A stretch of DNA of 45,237 nt from Chitinophagaceae bacterium (GTDB lineage: Bacteria > Bacteroidota > Bacteroidia > Chitinophagales > Chitinophagaceae). The position numbers and the translations under genes were made by a program. Positions within the stretch are counted from its first letter, which is position 1. Every line of letters begins with the position of its first letter. The notes beneath the pieces are model-generated. The model had not been told where the DNA came from. It did not search any database and worked only from the letters and a program-made list of their open reading frames with translations. The stretch covers positions 1 to 45,237 of the forward strand of contig JAYVGA010000183.1 in the NCBI GenBank assembly GCA_043772635.1, written 5' to 3'. Below, one piece after another: positions 9,701-17,507 of this stretch.

Positions 9701-10856
9701 CTAAGGCAGCAGCAGGCTGGCTTACAGTAGCGGTAGCGGTAGCAGTTCCGGCAGCAGCATCAGTTACAGTAACGGTATAAGAACCTGCTAACAGGCCAGT
9801 AAAAACACCAGATGTTGCACCAGTTGTATTTACTGTGGGGCCTGCAATAGTAAAAGAATAAGGAGGAGTACCAGCATTACCGGTAGCAGTTACAATACCT
9901 GTAGCATTTCCAAAACAACCCACACCTGTTGCAGTTGCTGATGCACCTAATGCAGGCGCAATGGGAGAACATGAAAAGGTAAGTGCAGAAAGGCCAACAT
10001 TTGCATTTGCCGTATTTGCTGCACCATATACACCAGTTGCAGATGTGCATGAATTTACAACAGCAGCATTAACGAGGCTGAACTGGGTAACATTTCCAAT
10101 ACCATTGGCTAAATTGTTAGGAATAATAGTACCCCATGCACCATTTACCCCGTCCACATTATCGCCATAAAAAGGAGCATACCCTTCATTGGTAGGGTCT
10201 GCATTTAAAGCACTTAAATTTCTTGTTCCATCACTCTCTACAAAAGCGCCGGTTTCCGGCCTTCCGGTACTAGCTACATTATCCCAAAGCATTACAAAAT
10301 TCTTTGGGGTATAACCTGCAAGGTTGGTATTTCTTATCCCCGATCCAAGGGTTGGGGTAGAGCCCCATCCTAAAACGGTAACAGGGTTAGCTGCTGTAAT
10401 TCGTGTAACCACTGCAGTACCATTATTACCATTATTTAAAAATATTCTCCAGTACAAAGTAGATCCCGGAGCAAAGCTGATATCACTTGAGGGCTCTACA
10501 ATAAACCATGCAGTAAAACTACCTGCTGCATCTGCAGTGGCAGTTTGAAATCTGCCGGCTACAGAAAGGGTGGCAGAAGTAACTCTTTGAAAATTACCTG
10601 CCTGGTTTACTACAATATATCCACCAATACCTGTATTACCTGTTGGCTGATTTCCAAACAGAGAGTAAAAACGGTAAGTGGCATTTGGAGTTAATCCGTT
10701 TACCTGCATGCGGCAGGCGTAAGGTACTTTCCTGTCGTCCGGTGGGTTTGCATTACCAACCCCCTGAACGTACTTTGGATAGTACACTTCAGTTACCGTT
10801 TGGGCAAAGCCCGAAAATGACAGTAACATGAGAAGAGCAATAAAAATCTGTTTCAT
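6756..10856 (-). CDS. Large secreted modular protein: domain A - 4 SprB-like repeats - domain A - domain B - 2 SprB-like repeats - C-terminal Ig-like domain
   Basis: Signal peptide GFA-Q; repeats C.G...G.......GGT.PY.Y...GL.AG.Y.(I/V)T(V)TDA; Ala/Thr/Gly-rich; no recognisable T9SS CTD. Confidence 0.85.
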   Translation of the reverse strand: MKQIFIALLMLLSFSGFAQTVTEVYYPKYVQGVGNANPPDDRKVPYACRMQVNGLTPNATYRFYSLFGNQPTGNTGIGGYIVVNQAGNFQRVTSATLSVAGRFQTATADAAGSFTAWFIVEPSSDISFAPGSTLYWRIFLNNGNNGTAVVTRITAANPVTVLGWGSTPTLGSGIRNTNLAGYTPKNFVMLWDNVASTGRPETGAFVESDGTRNLSALNADPTNEGYAPFYGDNVDGVNGAWGTIIPNNLANGIGNVTQFSLVNAAVVNSCTSATGVYGAANTANANVGLSALTFSCSPIAPALGASATATGVGCFGNATGIVTATGNAGTPPYSFTIAGPTVNTTGATSGVFTGLLAGSYTVTVTDAAAGTATATATVSQPAAALAASAVAGTIACFGASTTGTVTATGGTTPYSYVIATGPVINTTGAASGVFTGLSAGAYTFIVTDANNCNVTTAGITVAAAPAALTSAIAVTAPIIVVGGTGTIRATPAGGTTPYAYTVAGTTVNTTGSASGIFTGLSAGSYTITVTDARGCTVTTSSVTLSNPGPLTASSVITTAFSCALTGSVTVSGSGGVAPYTGTGLKNITAAGSYTYTVTDAQGSTATTTIVVALAAGCPTVADVLLPKYVQGVGSGEPSDDRKVPFAARMTINGLTPGATYRYYNLLVSNPTNGSGGSGAYIVATPSGNFTRVTSPTLAVAGRYGQLTANAGGSATAWFIVEPSSQTEFTPGTQLYLRVFLNNGSATPGTAVAIRATSAAPITVLGFGSAANQGTGIRSTNAAYTAKNFMMLFNNEAGTGRPEAGTFVESDGTRNLSALNADVTNEGYAPFYGDNVDAVAGAFGTIIPNNLATGIRNITQYTLADGAFVNRCTSTNGVFGTAVTANTNGGLTEQVVTCTPFAAATIADPAVGQMNFTTIANATQSANTLLFAPAYKLNIPFYNLNQLNIVPNGTIRLTVNLGSKLILDPAFNLATAPLSNYFAWTSTVVAGNVIITGTQIADIPEDFTGALVFNVKGSLSCTSNISTNITIVNTLAILQDEDLQNNAATLQYTLPVTVATTQVNVTCNGLANGIINVVASPGATVVIRNSANAVVAATGLVPGVYTITATATGDAPLSNVCSSTATVTILQPAVLTVATTGSTNNVCNGGTDGSVSAASAGGTLPYSYTIAGPTVNTTGANSGIFTGLAAGSYTITTTDANGCSATTSAVVVTQPAGGIPDITLGSDITGSLFTSPGATQTIVYNIAEIGGNSAVGDTIRITKVAGFTINFNAAIFSTTVGTTTYTLDNSRWKIDNSNPAFVSIILTDPLNSLNAGTLLCLQRVNVAISVTRNTSNISTFTLSARLRKANGELNLSNNLNSIVLAAE

Positions 10857-10883
10857 ATTATTTTTTTAATATTATTAAATCAA

Positions 10884-12251
10884 TTACTGAAAATTTGTCC
10901 ATTTTGTCCAGATCCTTGCCCAGTTGGTATTTGCAGGAAATGCACCACGGTAAACAACGGTTTGAAAAAAGCCGGCAGGGATTCCTGTAAAACCAGTGAA
11001 ATTTGCACCTGTTTTAATTTCTACAGGAGAGTCAAATGTTGGCCTGAAATCCGGAGCGCCACCTTCAATAAAGGGGTTTGCTAACTCAATGCCCAGGTTT
11101 GAAAAATCGGTGTTACCTGTAATTTGCAGGTTATTTGCATTAAGAGCAGGGCTGCCTGCGGGAGTAACAATAGATGCTGCATTAAAACCGTGTACTACAT
11201 TGTATTGAAATTTAGAAGCATCTGCACCAGTGCCATCCAGGAATACGCCTGTATTAAAGCCCATATAAATAGAGTTTCTAACAGTGTAACTGCTTTGCCT
11301 GCGAAAGCGTGCTCCGTTTAATATGGCTTTAGCATCTGCAGTGGCGTCATCAATAAATCCAACAACAGTCATATTTGAAATCTTGGCGTCGGTTTTTGGT
11401 GTAGCAGTAGTACCTGTACCATCGTTATCACTTTCAATTCCATTAGGATCAGAAGAGTAAACAGGTTTTTCAGGCTTTAATAAAGAAACACAAAACTGCA
11501 GGTTGCCTGAGTAACCAAAATCAAAATCAAATGCATCATCATCAGGCGCAAGTGCTACAAGGTGTTTTGCATTTACAGTTCCACCAAAAAACTCAAATGC
11601 ATCATCAGCACCATACAATACCTGGATAAAATCCAGCTCTGTGCCACGGCCAACAGAACCTAAAGTCAAACCATTTAATTCGTTGGCATCGGAGATGCGG
11701 GCACCTGCATATTCAATGCGGCAATAAGTCATAAATCCAGAACTTTCATCTGGTAAACCCGGCGCTGGTAAACCTCCAACAGTTGCCGGTACCGGGCCGT
11801 AATTAAAATCAGTTCCTGCAGGAAGTGTAGTTCCATCAACACCCTCAATTACAGGGTTTACAGTACGATTGTTTGGCGCTCTGCCCAGGATAACAATACC
11901 ACCCCAGTCTCCGCTTGCTGGTGTAGCCTGGTTAGACGTAAAAACAATTGGATTGGTGTTTGTTCCGTTGGCTTCAATAGTGCCACCACGGGATACCAGC
12001 AGCGCACTTGCATTGGCATTGGGCAATATTTTATTTGCTTTTAAAAGGGTACCTGCTTCAATTTGAAGAATACCTCCGTTTGCTACCACCACTTTGCCAT
12101 TAATGATATAAGTGTTGGCTGCCTCGCATAAAAAAGGAGAGTTACCTGCATTAATTAAATTGGGCAACGTAATAGTAGCCTGGGCATTTGTTTTTGTTGC
12201 TGCAAATGCTGAAAAAACAATTACAGCAATGCTGAAAAAATTCTTTTTCAT
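10884..12251 (-). CDS. Secreted Asp-rich beta-helix protein of the family usually encoded beside TonB-dependent receptors (ElpS-like)
   Basis: Motifs PIVFTS, GDWGGIVILG.AP, YCRIEYAG, ELNGLTLG.VG.GT, DDAFEFFGG.VN, DDDAFDFD.GY.G, NGIESDND, YRGAF..W...WT. The ElpS relationship is from memory and unverified. Confidence 0.75.
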   Translation of the reverse strand: MKKNFFSIAVIVFSAFAATKTNAQATITLPNLINAGNSPFLCEAANTYIINGKVVVANGGILQIEAGTLLKANKILPNANASALLVSRGGTIEANGTNTNPIVFTSNQATPASGDWGGIVILGRAPNNRTVNPVIEGVDGTTLPAGTDFNYGPVPATVGGLPAPGLPDESSGFMTYCRIEYAGARISDANELNGLTLGSVGRGTELDFIQVLYGADDAFEFFGGTVNAKHLVALAPDDDAFDFDFGYSGNLQFCVSLLKPEKPVYSSDPNGIESDNDGTGTTATPKTDAKISNMTVVGFIDDATADAKAILNGARFRRQSSYTVRNSIYMGFNTGVFLDGTGADASKFQYNVVHGFNAASIVTPAGSPALNANNLQITGNTDFSNLGIELANPFIEGGAPDFRPTFDSPVEIKTGANFTGFTGIPAGFFQTVVYRGAFPANTNWARIWTKWTNFQ

Positions 12252-12430
12252 AATTAGTTTTTTAAAATAATTGTGTTTATAAATGACTTTGTAAAAAAAT
12301 TTTTTGTAATAGTTTACTTATGGTTTGCAGATAAATGTGTGAGGATTTGTTTTTAGGTTGATTCATAAATAAGATTCTGTCATAGTTTTTTTAAAATTTT
12401 GGTGGTTAAAAAATATAAGTGCCTGAAGAA

Positions 12431-15337
12431 TTAAAATCTATAAGAAATACTCATAGATAAATTAACTCCTCTCTTTGCTTTGTAATTCAAAAAATCTGAT
12501 TCCGGATTAAAGGCATCGCCCTTTGGATCGTCATATAATAATCCCTGTTTGTTGGAATGGCTGTAAATAATATAGTGTTGGTTTAAGATATCGCCTGCGT
12601 TAAAACGCACCTGCATTTTATCTTTAAAAAACTTTGCATTTAGCTGAAGATCCAGTACACTCCTTGGATTTTCCAGTTGGGTATTTTGAATATCCCTTCC
12701 GGCATTTAATATTTTTCTGCCCGACCGGTTAAAGGAAAGATTGAGGCCCCACCTTCTTTGTTCATAACCTATACCCGCATTAATAATGTAAGGCGCAAGC
12801 CCCTGTATGGGCCTGTTTTGCTGGGTAATACTGCTGTCGCCTGTGGTTACCTGCCCCTTTAAATAAGTAAAATTGCAACTTGCCAAAATGCGTTTTAGTA
12901 TTTTAGATTCTTTAGCAATGAATGCCAGGTTTTTTCTAATATCAATTTCAAAACCTTTTGCATTGGCTCTTGGCCTGTTTAAATAGGAAACAGTACTGCT
13001 GGGGTTACCCACTTCAAAATCTCTTTCTACTGCGTTTATAAAATCTTTATAAAAAAGCGAGAAAGAAAGAATTTCTCCACCAGAGGGATAATATTCAAAC
13101 CGCAGATCATAGTTATCTACAGTAGTTAGTTGAAGGCCTACATTACCTCTTATAAAAAGCTGATCTGTAAATTCAAAATATTCGGCAAAAGCCCTCTCTG
13201 CAAAGTCGGGCCTGGATAGTGTTTTACTGTAAGCCATCCGGATATTTATTTTATTGCTGAGGCTGTAGATAATATTGGTAGATGGCAGCCAGTTATTTTC
13301 TTTATAAACAGCACCGGTATCAGATGTTGGCGATCCAAAATTTGTGAGAATATATTTTGCAGTGGATACATCTACCAGGTTATTTTCATACCGTACCCCA
13401 CCGGTAAAACGGAATTTTTTGAGGAATTTAAAATCCAACATACTGTAAAAGGAATGCAGTTTCTGCGTACCTGTATATGAATCTCCAGATTTTGAATTGC
13501 TGGAAAGAACAGGATCGTAGTAAAGGATACCATTATCAAATTTATCGGGTGTTACTAATGTATAATAAGGGGCATACCTGTTATTGGGTATAAGATTTGA
13601 GTTAAGATCTTTTGCAAGAATACGTAAACCTGTATTTTCATATTCCGCTTTTCGGTTTGAAAATGCATAACCAATTTTTACCAGTTCTTTTTCTCCTTTA
13701 ATTAAAAAGGGAACACTAAAATTTATGCCCGCATTGTTACGCTTTTCTTCAAAAACCGCTGCGTACACTCCGCCATTGTTTAAGGACGGTTCTTTAAATT
13801 CGTAATCGTAAAGGCTTTTTGAGAGATCTTTATTAAGAAGATAACGGGTATCCGGTTGCTCTCTTGTATATTTAATATCATCTGCATACCAGTCTACTTT
13901 ATAATTTTTAGAACCAAAAACATGATCGCCTTCTAACCGGGTTTGAAAAAGTTTTCCCTGCAAGGTAACATCACCAAATCTGCGTTCTTTTTCCCTTTGC
14001 TGACTTTCATTAAACCCTATTCTGTCATCTACCTGGTTTGTATATTTTTTATTGTATAAATTTTTCCAGGCAATTCTGTGATTTTTAGTTTTATAGGCCA
14101 TGTTTAAAATACTGCCAATGGTAGTATTGTATTTGTACCTTTCATTTATTACATCAAAGTTGGTAGGGCTTCTTGCCTCTGCATTTTCATAAGTCTGATC
14201 ATTTCTGTAGGTTATGGCAGCAATTGCTCCAAGGGAGTTGCTGTTTTTAAAACGCTTTGCCAATCCACCGCTCAGCTGGTAGTTTTGCACCGGTGTGTAA
14301 GCATATGTATTAAACTGCCAGCGGTTTTTTATTTTTTGTGATGTGGCTCTTGTGGCCAGTGTATCATTAGTATTGTATTGATTATAAAATTTTACCGGAT
14401 CAAATGCCCTGCCTGTACCAAACCACAACCTGTCTTTATTTACTTTACCTGTATTTGCATTTTTATCTCTTTCAAAACCAATAAAATCTTTATTGGTGCT
14501 TTCGGTATTAATGCCTGTGCCAATACTTAACTCCACAAAATTTTTTGAAGGGATATCTTTTGTATTTACCTGCACCAGGCCCCCTGTAAATTCGCCGGGC
14601 AAATCCGGCGAAGCAGTTTTGTTTACTACCACATTATCTACCAGCGATGAAGGAATAATATCAAAACTAAAATTTCTCCTGTTGGGCTCAGAGCTGGGCA
14701 GAGAGGAACCGTTAATCTGCACATTATTATAGCGGTCGCTTATTCCCCGTATAGTAACAAATTTTCCGCCCTGCACATTTACACCACTTACTCTTGCCAG
14801 AGACTGCGCAATATTATTATCCGGCGTTTTTCTCATGGTTTCTGCACTTATTCCATCCATCATGCTGGCGCTGTTCTTTTGTGTTCTTAAAAGGCTGCTG
14901 GCCGTTTCTTTTTTTGCACTTGATGTAACAATCACATTATCCAGGGAAGTTCCTTTTTTAGGAGTAAGTGTGATGTTTAAATCTGTTTGCCCGTTTTGTT
15001 TTATCAGCACTTCCGTAATACGTTTACCTTCAAAACCTACAGAACTTACTATGATTGTATAAGTACCAGGTGCAAGATTTAACACATAATCTCCGTTTAC
15101 AGAAGTTGTAGTGGCTTTTGTTGATTTTTCTACCGTGATGGTTGCACCAGACAAAGGAAAATTTTTGTCGTCCCGTACAATGCCCGTTACACTGCTGCTT
15201 TTATTGGTTTGCTGGCTTGTTTGAGCACTGGCGCTGGTTACAGCATATGAATTGAAAAAACAATAAATGAGAAGAGTAGTTACTTTAAGGGGTATAAACT
15301 TTTGTAGATTTAAAGACATAGATTTATTGTTTACCAT
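12431..15337 (-). CDS. TonB-dependent receptor with N-terminal carboxypeptidase-regulatory-like domain
   Basis: TG.V.D....L.GATI N-domain; plug motifs RVSGV, IRGI.DRYN, FDIIPS, KT.SPDLPG.F.GG; C-terminal SYRF. Start uncertain (15364 TTG, 15337 or 15319 ATG). Confidence 0.93.
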   Translation of the reverse strand: MVNNKSMSLNLQKFIPLKVTTLLIYCFFNSYAVTSASAQTSQQTNKSSSVTGIVRDDKNFPLSGATITVEKSTKATTTSVNGDYVLNLAPGTYTIIVSSVGFEGKRITEVLIKQNGQTDLNITLTPKKGTSLDNVIVTSSAKKETASSLLRTQKNSASMMDGISAETMRKTPDNNIAQSLARVSGVNVQGGKFVTIRGISDRYNNVQINGSSLPSSEPNRRNFSFDIIPSSLVDNVVVNKTASPDLPGEFTGGLVQVNTKDIPSKNFVELSIGTGINTESTNKDFIGFERDKNANTGKVNKDRLWFGTGRAFDPVKFYNQYNTNDTLATRATSQKIKNRWQFNTYAYTPVQNYQLSGGLAKRFKNSNSLGAIAAITYRNDQTYENAEARSPTNFDVINERYKYNTTIGSILNMAYKTKNHRIAWKNLYNKKYTNQVDDRIGFNESQQREKERRFGDVTLQGKLFQTRLEGDHVFGSKNYKVDWYADDIKYTREQPDTRYLLNKDLSKSLYDYEFKEPSLNNGGVYAAVFEEKRNNAGINFSVPFLIKGEKELVKIGYAFSNRKAEYENTGLRILAKDLNSNLIPNNRYAPYYTLVTPDKFDNGILYYDPVLSSNSKSGDSYTGTQKLHSFYSMLDFKFLKKFRFTGGVRYENNLVDVSTAKYILTNFGSPTSDTGAVYKENNWLPSTNIIYSLSNKINIRMAYSKTLSRPDFAERAFAEYFEFTDQLFIRGNVGLQLTTVDNYDLRFEYYPSGGEILSFSLFYKDFINAVERDFEVGNPSSTVSYLNRPRANAKGFEIDIRKNLAFIAKESKILKRILASCNFTYLKGQVTTGDSSITQQNRPIQGLAPYIINAGIGYEQRRWGLNLSFNRSGRKILNAGRDIQNTQLENPRSVLDLQLNAKFFKDKMQVRFNAGDILNQHYIIYSHSNKQGLLYDDPKGDAFNPESDFLNYKAKRGVNLSMSISYRF

Positions 15338-15506
15338 TTTTAATAATGATATCAGTACGCCCAAAACCTGGGCGAATTGAATTTTTTTTAAGATTTAATT
15401 AATGCAGAATGTATGTTTTCAAAAAAGGATATGGACAGCAGCAGGATAGTTGGATTCTGAAAGATTATTATAATGAAATTATTTTAATTACAATATTTAC
15501 AGAAGG

Positions 15507-15563
15507 CAAACCTAAAACAAAAAGTTAAAAACCGCTGTTACCAAAAAGCAATCAAATTGTTAA
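15507..15563 (-). promoter_or_regulatory. Receptor operon promoter: repeat boxes in 11-bp phase plus perfect -7 element
   Basis: Minus strand TTAACAA (15563), degenerate ATTGCTT (15552), GTAACAG (15541), then 20 nt, then TAGGTTTG (15514-15507). Confidence 0.6.
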
Positions 15564-15745
15564 GAGGAGTTTTTAAAAAGCAGTATACATAAGAACAAAA
15601 AAATAATAAAATTAAGAGGAAAAGAAGGGGGAAAGAACGCCTGTTTTTTTATTCCCGTTACTTAGAAAAGTATAAAAGAAATGATTTGTAAAAATTTAAA
15701 AATTTAATCAATCCAGATTTTCAGTTTCATTAAAAAATACTGCTT

Positions 15746-16012
15746 TTAAATTCTTTTTAAAACTTTTCCATTGTGTTTTTTGTACTGTACCTTAAGCCTT
15801 CTTATAGAAAGTTTGTGCTCGTCAAATTGATTGATAAATTCCGACACCCGATCTAATGCAAGCCGGTAATTGCTGTATATTTCCTGTAGTTTTTTTTCAT
15901 GCTCTGCAATGATATGAGCGTGTTCTGTTCCTGAAAGGAAAATTTCAGACTCTTGTAATTTATGGAGAGACTCTTTTAAAGATTTATATTCAAAAAGTTG
16001 AATTCCCTGCAT
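15746..16012 (-). CDS. Hypothetical helical/coiled-coil protein (88 aa)
   Basis: Stand-alone ATG ORF with charged amphipathic composition. Confidence 0.55.
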   Translation of the reverse strand: MQGIQLFEYKSLKESLHKLQESEIFLSGTEHAHIIAEHEKKLQEIYSNYRLALDRVSEFINQFDEHKLSIRRLKVQYKKHNGKVLKRI

Positions 16013-16499
16013 GGTAAAATGTTTTGAAAAATAATGTCACATATTTCAGCTTAGTATAAATCTGGTGTTTGAAAATTTACAGGCAGCTGCGTAAATGTAA
16101 TGTGTATTTATTGTACGATATTATATGATTAAGAATTGAAATGATTGAAACCATCCGTTATCAAACTATTATTTTAATGTTAAGCGTTTTCTTTTTATAA
16201 CAGTATAAATTTCTACAGGCATATCTGTAAGATTTTTTTAAATAAAAATGTATGAAATAAACTTCAATATGCTTTATAAAAAATCTTGGAGTAAAAATTA
16301 TTTTATCAGCAGCATAATCCTGTAAAAAAATAGTACAACAAGCCTCCTCATCTTTTGCCTTATAAACTTTTGCAGCTTCCGTCATTAATTTTATTAAAAA
16401 CATCAGGAATATTTTAGTACTGGATTTTTTACTACCTTAACACTCTCATTATATTTCTTCGGTTGCCCCCGCCATAGCACACTATAAATTAATTAAGGC

Positions 16500-16814
16500 A
16501 TGCATTTGTCGCCAAGAGAAACAGAAAAACTATTGCTTTTTTTAGCCGGAGAGTTAGCCCAAAAACGAAAAGCGAGGGGGCTGAAATTAAATTACCCGGA
16601 GGCCATAGCCCTCATCAGCAGCTAGCTTCAGGAAGCTGCAAGGGATGGCAAAACCGTGGCCCAGCTCATGCAATACGGCACTACTATTTTAACCCGTGAT
16701 GATGTGATGGAAGGTATTGCAGAAATGATTCATGAAATTCAGATTGAAGCTACTTTTCCTGATGGTACAAAACTGGTAACAGTGCATGACCCTATAAAGC
16801 CACGTGTGCCATAA
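16500..16814 (+). pseudogene. ureA: Urease gamma subunit with in-frame TAG at codon 42
   Basis: Hand translation: [56 protein letters not shown]...[25 protein letters not shown] at 16623-16625. Missing from the ORF track. Confidence 0.93.
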
Positions 16815-16949
16815 GGATGCTTATATTGATGGGTATGTAAGTTTTGAAGAACTTTTAAATAAAATTATAAGAGTGATAAAAAATAATTGTGTAGAATAAA
16901 ACCCACCATTTGATTAAACTAATTTTTTTAACTAAAAAACTCCGGACAA

Positions 16950-16970
16950 CTCCCCTTTGGGGCCGGGGGC
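16950..16970. repeat. REP-like GC-rich element
   Basis: CTCCCCTTTGGGGCCGGGGGC inside an AT-rich spacer. Confidence 0.55.
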
Positions 16971-16979
16971 TGTTTTATC

Positions 16980-17318
16980 ATGATACCAGGCCAATACATT
17001 TTAGCAAAAGAAGATATTGAATGCAATGTGGGAAGAAAAACCATAACCGTTACTGCAGTAAATACCGGCGACCGGCCCATACAGGTGGGCTCTCATTTTC
17101 ATTTTTATGAAGTGAATAAACAAATGAAATTTGAGAGAGAAAAAGCACGGGGCATGCGGCTAAATATTGCAGCAGGCACGGCAGTACGTTTTGAACCCGG
17201 CGAAGAAAAAACGGTAGAGCTTGTAAGTTTCGGCGGTAATAAAATAATAATGGGATTTAATAATTTGACCAATGGAAAGGTGGATGAAAAAGGCGAGAGA
17301 GAGAAAGGGCAAAAGTGA
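16980..17318 (+). CDS. ureB: Urease beta subunit
   Basis: MIPG...[17 protein letters not shown]...[16 protein letters not shown]. Confidence 0.97.
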   Translation: MIPGQYILAKEDIECNVGRKTITVTAVNTGDRPIQVGSHFHFYEVNKQMKFEREKARGMRLNIAAGTAVRFEPGEEKTVELVSFGGNKIIMGFNNLTNGKVDEKGEREKGQK

Positions 17319-17412
17319 AAGGTCAAAGGTGAAATTGCCCGACCAACTTTAAACCATTAAACCAATGTTATTAACTTAAGAGGATTTTAAATTATAAAAT
17401 ATCCAATTCCAG

Positions 17413-17472
17413 TTCCCTCTCTTTTGGAGAGGCCCGCCCGGATGACCCGGTCGGACGGGGGTTGGGGTGAGG
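17413..17472. repeat. REP-like element with a nested 27-bp palindromic insert
   Basis: TCCCTCTCTTTTGGAGAGG[CCCGCCCGGATGACCCGGTCGGACGGG]GGTTGGGGTGAGG. Confidence 0.6.
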
Positions 17473-17507
17473 TAATTAAACGTTCAACGATTTAAACGAC
17501 CAAAAGC

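Noticed and set aside
4108-10856. Diversity-generating retroelement or shufflon as the cause of the repeated domains
   Set aside because: Differences in the segment compared are synonymous third-position changes, all copies are in intact ORFs, and no reverse transcriptase or recombinase is nearby.
4466-15062. Many plus-strand ORFs of 60-95 aa overlapping the secreted-protein genes
   Set aside because: Antisense shadows of long, well-supported minus-strand genes; their repeated text only mirrors the domain A duplication.
12431-15337. Calling the receptor SusC and the locus a polysaccharide utilisation locus
   Set aside because: No SusC signature (LKDA.A.AIYG.R), no SusD and no glycoside hydrolase motifs.
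16161-16403. 80-aa minus-strand ORF upstream of ureA
   Set aside because: AT-driven composition and no recognisable motif; probably part of the promoter region.
16623-16625. Genome-wide TAG reassignment (alternative code, pyrrolysine)
   Set aside because: TAG ends other genes in the window at sensible positions, and no other gene needs TAG read-through.
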